This document shows positions 10,210 to 20,416 of a stretch of 64,000 nucleotides of DNA, one piece after another (the first letter of the stretch is position 1; every line of letters starts with the position of its first letter). The notes under the pieces are model-generated. The model worked only from the letters and a program-made list of their open reading frames with translations, was not told where the DNA came from and ran no database searches. The stretch is from the NCBI GenBank assembly GCA_019058445.1, contig JAHPZA010000004.1:434136-498135 (forward strand), read 5' to 3'. The DNA comes from Promethearchaeota archaeon. GTDB lineage: Archaea > Asgardarchaeota > Lokiarchaeia > Sigyniarchaeales > SOKP01. The position numbers and the translations under genes were made by a program.

Positions 10210-10414
10210 AAAAATGACTTTTTTATAATTAATTTTTTTTCCTAATTTATCTATAAACTAACTCAGTTTCTTTCCTTGGGGATAATGCAGAAGCGCAAAC
10301 TAAAGTTTTGATGAAAAAAGGTTTCATCCCTGCTTCTAAAGAGTATTTAAAAATAAATATTTCACTTTCAGGCTATTATTTTCGTTGGATGGAATTTTTA
10401 AATAATTTTTAAAG

Positions 10415-10882
10415 TTAATGGATTGCGTTGACTGGACAAACTTCTTCACAAATCCTACAGTTTCTACATTTTGTTGGATTAATTACTGCTTTATTGTTTA
10501 CCATACTGATCGCATCATTGGGACATTGATTTATACATTCAGCGCAGCCAGTACACTTATTCTTATCTACAACAGGTAATATCATTTGTTGAATGTTATT
10601 TTGCAAGTTTGTGGAATAAACTTGATTTATCCCGGGATTTTGTACTGGAAACTGCAGATTTCTCGAAAAATTCTGATTTGGTATGGCTCTCATCATGGGA
10701 ATACCACATTCTGGGCATATTATTTGATTGCATGGCACTCCAGGTCTATGAAGTACTTCTCTACCGCATTTAATACATTTACAAATTCCCGAAGGTCCTA
10801 ATCCCCTGCCTCCACCTCTTCTCCCCCCAGCTCTGCCTCTACCTCTACCTCCAAATCGACCTCCTCCTCTATAGCTCATCAT
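10415..10882 (-). CDS. 2x[4Fe-4S] ferredoxin with N-terminal Gly/Arg-rich tail and Cys-rich metal-binding module
   Basis: CTGCAECINQCP and CRNCRICEEVCP; N-terminal RGG repeats, then CKCIKC...CNQIICPEC. Confidence 0.85.
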   Translation of the reverse strand: MMSYRGGGRFGGRGRGRAGGRRGGGRGLGPSGICKCIKCGREVLHRPGVPCNQIICPECGIPMMRAIPNQNFSRNLQFPVQNPGINQVYSTNLQNNIQQMILPVVDKNKCTGCAECINQCPNDAISMVNNKAVINPTKCRNCRICEEVCPVNAIH

Positions 10883-11115
10883 TATGAATTTATTTAAAAA
10901 TATTAAAAGATTTGGGCTTTACCAAAAAGTTTGCAATTAGAATTATGAAATATATTAATTTAAAATATGATCGAAACGATATTTAAACTATTCTTGAAAA
11001 TTTAAATGAACTTGAAAAAAGTATAAAACTAAATTCATGTCTAATTTCTGACAGTATTATCATTATTTATGTTTTTAAATTAATGGAGAGAAACTTAAAG
11101 GTATAGGAGAAAAAA

Positions 11116-12837
11116 ATGGAAAAAAAAACCTATCCAGAATATAGCATTCATTACCCTTTACTTCTTACCACCTTTATGAAAAGGCCCGCAAGAGTTTATC
11201 CAAATGAAATTGGTGTTGTATACAGAAATCATATCACTGGAAAATATTATCGTTTTACTTGGCTAGAATGGTATCATCGTACATGTCGGTTGGCAAATTT
11301 ATTACAATCTCTGGGTATAAAACCTGGCAAACCAGGAGTCCTTGGTGATCGTGTTGCTACTCTGGCACTGAACACCCACAGACATTTCGAGCTTTATTTT
11401 GCTGTGCCTTGCAGTGGAGCAGTTTTGCATCCAATCAATATAAGATTGGCACAAGATCATATAATTTATACAATTAACCATGCAGAAGACTCTGTCATCT
11501 TTTTTGATGATACTTTGCTTGAGCTAGTGGAAGGAATTTATGATAAGATTAAAGATACCGTCAAGAAATTTGTATATATGTCAGATAACCCAGGACTTCC
11601 TACCACAAAAATTAAAAATCTATATGAATATGAAGTGCTACTTGCAAAGGAATCCGATGAATTTGAATGGCCGCATTTACATGAGGATAATTATGCTTCG
11701 CTTTGTTATACCACTGGTACGACAGGGTTGCCCAAAGGGGCTATGTTTACTCACAGAGCGCTTTATCTTCAAACTTTACATTTAATCGCTCATGCCAGCT
11801 TTATTAATGACCCCTCCTATGCCCTTCTAGGTGAAAACATTGTTTTTCTGATGATTACGCCCTTATATCATGTCCATGCATGGTGTGCGCCTTTTATTTA
11901 TGGTTTTTTGGCTGCGAAATTGGTATTACCTGGTACATTCACTGTGGAAGGTTTTTGTGAGTTAGTCCAGACTGAAAAAGTCACAGATACCGCCGTGGTT
12001 CCGACAATTTTGGCTTTACTCGTTGAATATGAAGAACTAGATCAATATAATTTAAGCAGCCTTACTTATGTTAGGGTAGGCGGTGGAGCATTACCTTTAG
12101 GTTTAAAAGCTAAGGTTGAGAAGAAAATTCCTGGATTTTCGGCAACCTCGGGATATGGCATGACGGAAACTGCGCCAACTACAGTCAGATCCTTCGTAAA
12201 GAAATATATGATAGATTGGCCAAAAGAAAGACTGGATGAAGTAAGAGTTAAGACGGGGCTTCCTATTCCAGGAATCGAGGTAGAAGTAGTAGATGAAAAT
12301 GGAAAATCAGTTCCCCATGACAATAAAACTCTAGGACAAATTGTTATCCGAGGTCCCTGGGTAATTGAAAAATATTTTAAAAACCCTGAAAAGACCGCTG
12401 AAGTGTGGTACGATGGATGGTTTCATACAGGAGATGTAGCCAAGGTTGATGAGGATGATTTCATAATAATCGCGGATAGGATGAAAGATGTTATAAGAAG
12501 CGGTTCTGAAATGATTCCAACAGTACTTCTTGAAAATCTTGCAACTATGGCTAATTTTGTCCTTGAAGCTGCCATCGTGGGAGTCCCCGATGAAGTTTGG
12601 GGCGAAAAACCACTCGCACTCATAAAATTAATCGCAAACTCTAACAAAACGGAAGATGATTTTATTGAATTCCTTAAGGTCGAAGGGGTGGATAAAGGAA
12701 AAATTACAAAATGGATGCTTCCTAAATTAGTAGCTATCGTTGATGAGGTTCCTAAGACAAGCGTAGGAAAATATAATAAAAGGGAAATCAGGAGGAATAT
12801 AAGAAATTATCTTGATATTGCTAAAAGTATAACATAA
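11116..12837 (+). CDS. Long/medium-chain fatty acid-CoA ligase (AMP-forming)
   Basis: YTTGTTGLPKG, GYGMTET, WFHTGD, DRMKDVI, PKTSVGK. Confidence 0.93.
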   Translation: MEKKTYPEYSIHYPLLLTTFMKRPARVYPNEIGVVYRNHITGKYYRFTWLEWYHRTCRLANLLQSLGIKPGKPGVLGDRVATLALNTHRHFELYFAVPCSGAVLHPINIRLAQDHIIYTINHAEDSVIFFDDTLLELVEGIYDKIKDTVKKFVYMSDNPGLPTTKIKNLYEYEVLLAKESDEFEWPHLHEDNYASLCYTTGTTGLPKGAMFTHRALYLQTLHLIAHASFINDPSYALLGENIVFLMITPLYHVHAWCAPFIYGFLAAKLVLPGTFTVEGFCELVQTEKVTDTAVVPTILALLVEYEELDQYNLSSLTYVRVGGGALPLGLKAKVEKKIPGFSATSGYGMTETAPTTVRSFVKKYMIDWPKERLDEVRVKTGLPIPGIEVEVVDENGKSVPHDNKTLGQIVIRGPWVIEKYFKNPEKTAEVWYDGWFHTGDVAKVDEDDFIIIADRMKDVIRSGSEMIPTVLLENLATMANFVLEAAIVGVPDEVWGEKPLALIKLIANSNKTEDDFIEFLKVEGVDKGKITKWMLPKLVAIVDEVPKTSVGKYNKREIRRNIRNYLDIAKSIT

Positions 12838-12979
12838 AATACTTATTTTTATTAAATTGCATTCATATAATCTTCAAATATTTTAATTTGTTTAAGTATC
12901 ATTTGGATTAGGAAAGAAGCTTTATATATTTTATAATAGAACTTATAATTATAATATAATAAAGATATAGTGATTAAAT

Positions 12980-13726
12980 ATGCAAATGGGAATTGAAGAG
13001 TTTACTTCTTTAGATATAATACGCGCATTATTCGCATTAATATTTGTTGTAATTTCGCTCATTTCTGGTCTTAAAATCTTACAAAAATATTTTGAACATA
13101 AAAATAAAAGCTTTATTTCGGTTGGATTAACATGGATTTTTATTTCAACTCCATGGTGGCCTTTACCTATTACCCTTATAACTGTTCTCTTGTTTAATTA
13201 TGCACTTGAACCTTTAGTATATTTGTATCTCATGACAGCCTTCATTCCTTTAGCTTTAATATTTTGGATAATATCCTTCACAAATTTAATATATCCAACT
13301 TATAAAAAGCAAATCATTTTTCCCTATTTGGTTATCTGCGTATTTTATTTCATAATATATCATATCTTATTGTTTATTAATATAGAATATATTAGTGTAT
13401 ACAAAGGACATTTTCAATACCAACATTCAATTTTTATTTATATTTTTTTAGTTTTCACTTTATTTTCTGCAATGATCACAGGATTTCTATTTGCATTAAA
13501 ATCAACAAAATCAGAAGATCCAAGAATTCAGTGGAAAGGAAGATTTTTGTTTCTGGCAATTTTGTTTTTTATAATCGGAGTATTTTTAGACACTTTTAGT
13601 TTCGGAAGCGTAATAATGCAAACTACTGCTCGATTCATATTAATTTTTAGTGCAATTGAATACTATATGGGCTTTTTCTTACCTAAAAAAATAGAAAACT
13701 GGTTGATTAAAGATACTAAATCTTAA
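12980..13726 (+). CDS. Stand-alone ~7TM membrane protein (paralog of 20413-21186)
   Basis: About 7 hydrophobic helices; shared motifs KY, GxxWxxxxxPWxP, KSxDPxxxxKG, LD, RxxLIxSxxExYxGFxLP. Confidence 0.75.
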   Translation: MQMGIEEFTSLDIIRALFALIFVVISLISGLKILQKYFEHKNKSFISVGLTWIFISTPWWPLPITLITVLLFNYALEPLVYLYLMTAFIPLALIFWIISFTNLIYPTYKKQIIFPYLVICVFYFIIYHILLFINIEYISVYKGHFQYQHSIFIYIFLVFTLFSAMITGFLFALKSTKSEDPRIQWKGRFLFLAILFFIIGVFLDTFSFGSVIMQTTARFILIFSAIEYYMGFFLPKKIENWLIKDTKS

Positions 13727-13927
13727 CAATTTATAAAGGAACTTAATTTAAATTTTTGTTTACTCAAGACGACTTGATTTAAAGTAAATTTATTGGATAG
13801 GGAAATAGAACTGAATTAGATTCTAAGGTGTGTTTAGAATATCAAGCACGATTGATTAAATGATATATTTATGTGTATTTTGAAGTAAACCTTTAAAAAA
13901 AAGGAACAAAAAAATAAGGGATTTAAA

Positions 13928-16342
13928 TTATATTTCATGATTACGTAACTTTGCTAATTTCTTCTTAGATTTGAGTTTATTTAACAGAAAAGCAATAGCT
14001 ATTGTTGAGACAATAGAATAGACAGAGATAATAGAAAGAGTCGTAATTAGCATATTTCTATCAATTTCAGTTTTTTTTAATTCTGAATCATCATCATTAT
14101 CATTTTCAATAATAGTTATTTGACTTTGAGAATATTCAGTGAGAATTGTAAGACTAGCTTGATAAGAATTATCATTTTCACCACTAGGATTTAATGAGCC
14201 GTCTTTATTACTATAAGTTTCATTCACGTTATTAAGTTGATCAATTATAAGCTCCAATGTGTATTGCCCCGTCTTATTAATTAATGAATATTCTTCCTTG
14301 TAGTTAACAGTTTCATCAACATCAATATCAATTGGTGTATTTGAATTATTATATAGAATTATATTCTCAGATTGGCATCGGATAATTATTATTACACCCT
14401 CAGCTTTCCAGATCCCATTATTTTGAATTGAGAACTCAAGGAAATATGATGCGTTTTCATAGACAACAATATCTTTGAAAGTATTAACTCTTAAATTTGG
14501 CATTGGATACCACCATAGATCTAATGGATCCGTGTTGAGTCCAACTTCCAAGCCATCCCCGAATAAATCATCATCAGTATCATTATTTGCGGGATGGAGT
14601 AAATTATTAATTTCCCAGTTATCTAATAACCCATCATAATCAGTATCCGAATTCGTTGCATTGGTTAAAAATCCGTCATTTTCATAAGTAAATTCTTCAA
14701 TATTGCTAATTCCATCATTGTCAAAATCACCATCAAACGGGAATATAAGAGGATACATTAGTGGTTTTGTATCATTCGCATTTGATATACCTAACAGAGT
14801 ATAATTACTATCTCCAATTCCATAAAGTGGATTTTCATCAATGCCATCGTAATTACTCCAATAATTACCTATTGTTCCATTATCCCAGTGATTGTTATTA
14901 CCAATGTCAAAATTCTCGTCAGCAAAAATGCTATTATAATGATTAGTGCTGAAATTCGTATTCTCCAAATTAAATCCAATAAATGGATTATTTGTACCAT
15001 CAACCCCGAAAGGTCTATCTTGTCCAGGATTTCCGGAACCGAAACCTGGGCCTACTAGCCCTCCAAGACCACCCGCCCCACCAGTCCCGTAATTTCCATT
15101 CGAAAAATTAACTAACAGGTTAAAGGTAGTTGTAATATTTGAAGAACTTAGAAAATTCATGACAATGAAATCCCCGCTATCACCCCCATCACCAGCCCAA
15201 CCTCCATCTCCACCATCTCCTGCAGAAATAGGATTAAATCCTATTCCTCCCTGTCCTCCCGTTCCTCCATCTCCACCTACCCCTCCGTTTCCGCTAGTAG
15301 AGTTATAAATTTTATTATTGCTAAATGAAACATTTATAGCATTTAAAAGAGAGTATCCTCCTATGAGGCCACCATCTCCACCATCCCCTCCATCCCCTCC
15401 ATCAAATCCTTCACCCCCTATATCTAAAAAAGGACTACCATCTCCTCCGTTATTACCATTACCGCCATTACCGCTAATAAGTTTATATATAAGGGAATTA
15501 TTTGATAAAACTTCAGATGAGTTATATATTAAAATTCCATAAGCATCGCCTCCATTCCCTCCTTTGCCACCATTCCCACCATAATAATTTTGTCCCCAGA
15601 CTCCCAATCCTCCAAGACCTCCATTGCCACCATTTCCACTTTCAATATTAAAAATTTCAATATCATTTAATAAGATAATATCAGAATTGATGATATTAAC
15701 ACCATATGTATCACTACCTTTTCCACCTTTAAGCCCATTATCTTGAGTAGTTGAACCATCAATACCGTTGGCACCATTCCCACCTTTCCCGCCTGAAATA
15801 TAGTATATTATGATTTTAGAAATTTCAGAATTGGAACAATTTAAAATGGATATACCGGAACATATTTCAGCATTCGGTCCATCAGTATAGGAACCTGCAT
15901 TTGGAGCATTTGGACCATTAATGTTAGAAATTGTTATATTGTAAAGCTTAAAATTTGTAGCATTTACAATTTTTATTCCTGCTTCTGCGTTTGTGATAGT
16001 GATATTTCTGAATTCAAAATATTCTCTTGTATTACAGATTAAAATACAACATTCATTACCATTTCCATCTATAGTAACATTTTCTATTACATAAGGTTCG
16101 ACTTTTGTACCTTTTCCATTGCACCATAAATTGGATGAATTAGTTTGCGTCCAATTACTATTAACATAAATAAAATTCTCCGTATAGAAAGCAGATATTT
16201 TCAAATTATTCTGAATCATTTCGCTTTTTTGAAGATTACTTTTCTTCACTGGATCTTTATTAATTTGATTAGCTTGTTTGATTAATAGATTAGATGATAA
16301 AATAACAAAAATGCATAGAATTAGGATTATCTTCTTATTCAA
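13928..16342 (-). CDS. Membrane-anchored surface protein: beta-helix with glycine-rich inserts, Asp-rich Ca-binding repeats, CARDB-like domain, C-terminal TM
   Basis: Signal peptide; GKGTKVEPYVIEN; GGxGGxG tracts; WDNGTIGNYWSNY (NosD-like); DFDNDG/DTDYDG/DTDDD; IQNNG...IDQLNNVNE; C-terminal TM plus basic tail. Confidence 0.8.
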   Translation of the reverse strand: MNKKIILILCIFVILSSNLLIKQANQINKDPVKKSNLQKSEMIQNNLKISAFYTENFIYVNSNWTQTNSSNLWCNGKGTKVEPYVIENVTIDGNGNECCILICNTREYFEFRNITITNAEAGIKIVNATNFKLYNITISNINGPNAPNAGSYTDGPNAEICSGISILNCSNSEISKIIIYYISGGKGGNGANGIDGSTTQDNGLKGGKGSDTYGVNIINSDIILLNDIEIFNIESGNGGNGGLGGLGVWGQNYYGGNGGKGGNGGDAYGILIYNSSEVLSNNSLIYKLISGNGGNGNNGGDGSPFLDIGGEGFDGGDGGDGGDGGLIGGYSLLNAINVSFSNNKIYNSTSGNGGVGGDGGTGGQGGIGFNPISAGDGGDGGWAGDGGDSGDFIVMNFLSSSNITTTFNLLVNFSNGNYGTGGAGGLGGLVGPGFGSGNPGQDRPFGVDGTNNPFIGFNLENTNFSTNHYNSIFADENFDIGNNNHWDNGTIGNYWSNYDGIDENPLYGIGDSNYTLLGISNANDTKPLMYPLIFPFDGDFDNDGISNIEEFTYENDGFLTNATNSDTDYDGLLDNWEINNLLHPANNDTDDDLFGDGLEVGLNTDPLDLWWYPMPNLRVNTFKDIVVYENASYFLEFSIQNNGIWKAEGVIIIIRCQSENIILYNNSNTPIDIDVDETVNYKEEYSLINKTGQYTLELIIDQLNNVNETYSNKDGSLNPSGENDNSYQASLTILTEYSQSQITIIENDNDDDSELKKTEIDRNMLITTLSIISVYSIVSTIAIAFLLNKLKSKKKLAKLRNHEI

Positions 16343-16694
16343 ATTTTACATCCTCTAAATATTTAATATAATTAATAGAATATCGCTATTATTAAAGAAA
16401 AAATACTTAATTGTATAAAAGTTTACTATATAATTTCAAGCAAATGCGCTTTTTTTTCACTTTAAATAAATCTATTTAATTTGTTATATCAGAGAGTATA
16501 TCCTTTTTCTATTACAATTCTCAATCCAGATAGATTATAAAATTTGCCAGGATTAACTCTTTTAAATTAATGAGGATTCTCTCATTTAGTATATTTTTTG
16601 ATTTTCTCTAAAAATATGTAAATAAAATATCTATGCATATATTAAACTAAACCTTTAAAAAAAAAATAGAAAAAAAATTAAACTAATTTAGCAA

Positions 16695-17849
16695 TTAGCG
16701 TTTCAAATTCGCGGAAGCCCAATCGTAATAGCCTTTCTCTTCCATCACTTTTGGAATCTCAGCAAAGAATTGGGATGTTATATCTTTTACGTGTTTTGCG
16801 GCAACCGGATGGAACATCATAGCTAAGTCCAAACCAACTAATGTTAAAGAAAGCGCATTTAATACCTCCCATATAGGCCCTCGATATTGCCGTAGACCCC
16901 ATTCGGGAACTTGCTTTTCGCTCATCCATGCCTCACGGGCACCCCACGCATTTGTAGTACCACCACTGATTGGATAAGCTAAATCTTCTTCACCCAGCAA
17001 TCCCGCAATTCTCATTCTTTGATAGATACTGAAGCTGTACTCCATCCCATAACCGAGTGTAGCACAGGTTGGATCCATCACAATCCTATTACGAGGTAAT
17101 CCTAATTCTAAGGCATCTTTATTCATTTTGATTTGATTATTCAGATCTAAAGAAGTCCAGAGTAGGCAATTGTGGTCATATTTCACTGCGAGTGGAATAA
17201 CCTCTTCCCAAGTAGCTTTATCTGCCGCCGATAACATTAATACATCACTTTCAGCAACAGGTGCGGTAGCTTCAAATAATTCCATATCCTTCTTTTTATT
17301 CCCGGAGCAGCCAATTATCACCGGAACATCAACAGCCTGAAGAATATCCTCTAAATATTTGACAGATTGAGAGACTGGTGCGTCGCCCATTGCAGGATCT
17401 ATTTCAAGACTATGAAAGGTAATGCAATCAGCACCAAATTTATCGACTGCAAATTTTGCCCAATCTGCAGGGTGGGCGAGAACGTCCCCATATTCTTGTT
17501 TTATTGGTTTAGGGAGCATCATTTTTGAGCCCATATCGAAAACGTCGTAGGTCACTAAAGGCGGATTCGGATTTCTTTTATCGAGTCCTAAGAAATTATA
17601 AAAAGGCGGAACAACTTCTCCACCAATTACAGCCCTCTTTCCATTTGCCCGTACAAACTCTATAGTTTCAATTTTTCCTGGAAAATCAATATCAACTTGA
17701 AATTTAGCGGGTGTCCATTCTGCTTTCCCAAGTGTGGGTATGCCTGCCGCTTGAGCTGCGGAGGCAATCATTCCTGGTAAAGCTTGAAATTCTAAATATT
17801 CAGCAAAGAGCTCTACATCAACTAATTCGAGTTCCTTTGTGTCTTTCAT
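16695..17849 (-). CDS. cdhD: CO dehydrogenase/acetyl-CoA synthase complex delta subunit (CoFeSP small subunit)
   Basis: IGGEVVPPFY, VDVPVIIGCSGNKKKD, IVMDPTCATLGYGMEY, NAWGAREAW, MMFHP; start may be ATT at 17888. Confidence 0.93.
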   Translation of the reverse strand: MKDTKELELVDVELFAEYLEFQALPGMIASAAQAAGIPTLGKAEWTPAKFQVDIDFPGKIETIEFVRANGKRAVIGGEVVPPFYNFLGLDKRNPNPPLVTYDVFDMGSKMMLPKPIKQEYGDVLAHPADWAKFAVDKFGADCITFHSLEIDPAMGDAPVSQSVKYLEDILQAVDVPVIIGCSGNKKKDMELFEATAPVAESDVLMLSAADKATWEEVIPLAVKYDHNCLLWTSLDLNNQIKMNKDALELGLPRNRIVMDPTCATLGYGMEYSFSIYQRMRIAGLLGEEDLAYPISGGTTNAWGAREAWMSEKQVPEWGLRQYRGPIWEVLNALSLTLVGLDLAMMFHPVAAKHVKDITSQFFAEIPKVMEEKGYYDWASANLKR

Positions 17850-18197
17850 TAATTCTTCTAATTTTTTACTTAAATCCTCGAAAGAAATTTCAGATCACTT
17901 TTGTTTATGATTTTTAAGTTTTAATGATAGGTAGGAAATTGTTGAATTGAATTTAAAATTATTTGTAGGAAACCGATCAGGCGTGATTAATTACGTGGAA
18001 AAAAACCGAAAACATTCATAATATGAGTATAGAAAAGATCTCAATCGATCATTACTTAAATATTGCTTGCGACGAAATTCGTCAGTGTTCTAGAAAAATA
18101 GAATCTAAACTCTTTTATAGCAATCAATAACTCAATATCTTAATATCTAGAATCTAAAGAAAATCAATTTAAATTATAAAAACACGGGGTTTTTATT

Positions 18198-19193
18198 ATT
18201 AAGAAAAGAGCTATAGCAATTATTATTATTTCATGTTTTAGTATAGCTGTTATTGCAGGAGTTGGAACTTATTATTGGACGTTGAATGTTGAAATTGATT
18301 CGGACGATGATGATGATAATGATGATACACATGATTCGGGACCAAAAATCAATATTATAGACCATAATTGCGCTCATTTAGAAGATTTAAAAAGCATTCC
18401 GATTGGATGGATAAATGCTGCTAAGGCAAATTTAAATATAGCTTATGGTCATACATCCCATGGGAGTCAATTAACCACTGGAATGGATAATTTGGATCCT
18501 TTTATGGGGGGAAATGATGTTTATATTTATGGATCAGATGGAGGCGGAGATGATACGAAACTTGAATTTTACGATTATTATGGTGGATTCGGGGGTGCTT
18601 TAACAACAACCGAGGCTCATGATCTTGGCAATCCAAATGACGATGCATGGGCGGCTGCTACTGAGGAGTATTTAGACCATCCTAGTAATCCCGGAACGAA
18701 CGTTATAATGTGGTCATGGTGTAATATAGGAGGTCACAACATTAATGCCTATATTACACATATGGAATATCTTATTTCAGCCTATTCTGCGGGGGGTTCA
18801 AAAGGGAGGACGGTTGCAACGGAAGTTACATTCATATTCATGACTGGGCACGTAGATGGGCAAGGAATAGGAGGAACAAATAATTTACAGAATGAACTTA
18901 TTCGGGATCATTGCAGGACCCACAATAGAATATTATTTGATTTTGCAGATATAGAAAGCTATGATCCTGATGATAATTATTTTCTTGATAGAAATGTGAA
19001 TGATGATTGCAGCTATGATGGGGGAAATTGGGCAATAGAATGGCAAACCACTCATAATGGTGTTGATACTGAACCAAATGGTGGAAAATGGTATTCATGT
19101 TCTTCAGCTCATTCCCAACCTTTAAATGCCAACTTAAAAGCATATGCTTGTTGGTATTTATTTGCGATATTAGCAGGTTGGGATGGGAACTAA
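18198..19193 (+). CDS. N-terminally anchored/secreted hypothetical protein (possible hydrolase)
   Basis: ORF from 18282 extends in frame through a signal-like KKRAIAIIIISCFSIAVIAGVG segment to ATT at 18198, behind GGGGT; Asp-rich linker; motifs HTSHGSQ, MWSWC, FMTGH, FDFADIES. Confidence 0.7.
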   Translation: MKKRAIAIIIISCFSIAVIAGVGTYYWTLNVEIDSDDDDDNDDTHDSGPKINIIDHNCAHLEDLKSIPIGWINAAKANLNIAYGHTSHGSQLTTGMDNLDPFMGGNDVYIYGSDGGGDDTKLEFYDYYGGFGGALTTTEAHDLGNPNDDAWAAATEEYLDHPSNPGTNVIMWSWCNIGGHNINAYITHMEYLISAYSAGGSKGRTVATEVTFIFMTGHVDGQGIGGTNNLQNELIRDHCRTHNRILFDFADIESYDPDDNYFLDRNVNDDCSYDGGNWAIEWQTTHNGVDTEPNGGKWYSCSSAHSQPLNANLKAYACWYLFAILAGWDGN

Positions 19194-19246
19194 TTAAAAA
19201 TGAATTGAGGTTGCAAAAATTTCCGATATCCTAAAATATTTCGAGT

Positions 19247-20416
19247 TTAATTTAAAGGAGGTTTACTTTTAGCCTCTGTTTTCTTTTCCTTTTCAATCTT
19301 AAATGGTTTTACAGGTTTTGATTCGTCAAATGCTGAATTGCACACCCAGCATGCATTTTCTAAATTACTTAATGCGGTGGAACAATCTACGCAATAAATC
19401 GCCTCGCAATTCGGACAGATATAGGTAAGCCTTGATGTTTTACCTTTACAAACTAAACATATCTTTTGTTCTTTATAAAATGTAATCTCTTCTTCAGTTA
19501 ATTTTTTGGGTTTAATTTGAGTAATATGACTCATAAAATCCTGTAGTTTATCCATTTTCATTCTTTTTATTCCTAATAATTCTATTTCATGTGATTTTAA
19601 TACATTTATTTCGCGAGAAATGGCATACAGAAGCATAAAAACATAGAGAGAAATAGCAACTAAAATATACATTAAGATAAAGAGGGATGGTTGATATGTA
19701 AAAATCACATATAAGAGAGCAATGATAACGATTGAAGATATAGCATTTAGGGCTTGCTCTATTATTCCTTTAGATATAGCAATAAGTGTTCCAAGAATAA
19801 AAAACAGTGCTGGAAATGAAGGAGATATAATTTTTAATTCTTTTACCATAAAAGTAGCGAGAAAATATCCAATCCATAAGAGGAGGACTCCTATCAATGT
19901 ATGGGCGGTAATTGTCTGAAAATCCCTCCTAGAGCGTTTAGAATATAACAAAAATAAAGAAAAGAGAACTAAAATGATAATCCCTAGAGCAATCCAAAAG
20001 AAGCTCATTTCAATAATGATAATGACTAAAAAGAAAAAGCTTAAGAGGGTCATCAAATATTTATTCCGTCTTGTAGCTTTTTCAAATGTAAAAAAGAATA
20101 AAATAAATCCTATAAAAACGCTAATATATCCCCCATGAATTAAAATCTCATATGTACTGGTAGTATTAGTAAAATTACCGTAATATGAATGACCAGAATA
20201 ACTTCCGCCTATAAAATAGCTACTAAAATATTCAAATATTCTTGCAGTTGCGAGTCCAAAAAAATTAAATGCAAATCCATGCATCATCAATCTTTCGCTT
20301 TTTGATTCCCTATAATATCCGCTATATAAGTAATATATGCCGCAAAAAATTAGAATAGCTATTACTATCGACCAGATAAACCGATTAAACGGATCAAAAA
20401 TTATATTCTCTGTTAT
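19247..20416 (-). CDS. Multi-pass membrane protein with C-terminal 8-Cys RING-like zinc finger
   Basis: CLVC...CPNC...YCVDC...CWVC; frame open upstream of TTG 20290 through another TM helix to ATA 20416 behind GAGGGA. Confidence 0.75.
   Translation of the reverse strand: MTENIIFDPFNRFIWSIVIAILIFCGIYYLYSGYYRESKSERLMMHGFAFNFFGLATARIFEYFSSYFIGGSYSGHSYYGNFTNTTSTYEILIHGGYISVFIGFILFFFTFEKATRRNKYLMTLLSFFFLVIIIIEMSFFWIALGIIILVLFSLFLLYSKRSRRDFQTITAHTLIGVLLLWIGYFLATFMVKELKIISPSFPALFFILGTLIAISKGIIEQALNAISSIVIIALLYVIFTYQPSLFILMYILVAISLYVFMLLYAISREINVLKSHEIELLGIKRMKMDKLQDFMSHITQIKPKKLTEEEITFYKEQKICLVCKGKTSRLTYICPNCEAIYCVDCSTALSNLENACWVCNSAFDESKPVKPFKIEKEKKTEAKSKPPLN

Noticed and set aside
10300-10335. 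Hammerhead ribozyme or C/D sRNA around TGATGA
   Set aside because: Lacks the CTGANGA...GAAA core and a proper CTGA D box
12980-13726. Rhodopsin call for the 7TM proteins
   Set aside because: No retinal-binding Lys motif in TM7
15000-15800. CRISPR or DNA tandem repeat in the GC-rich CCN-rich tract
   Set aside because: Explained by Gly codons on the minus strand; no identical repeat-spacer units
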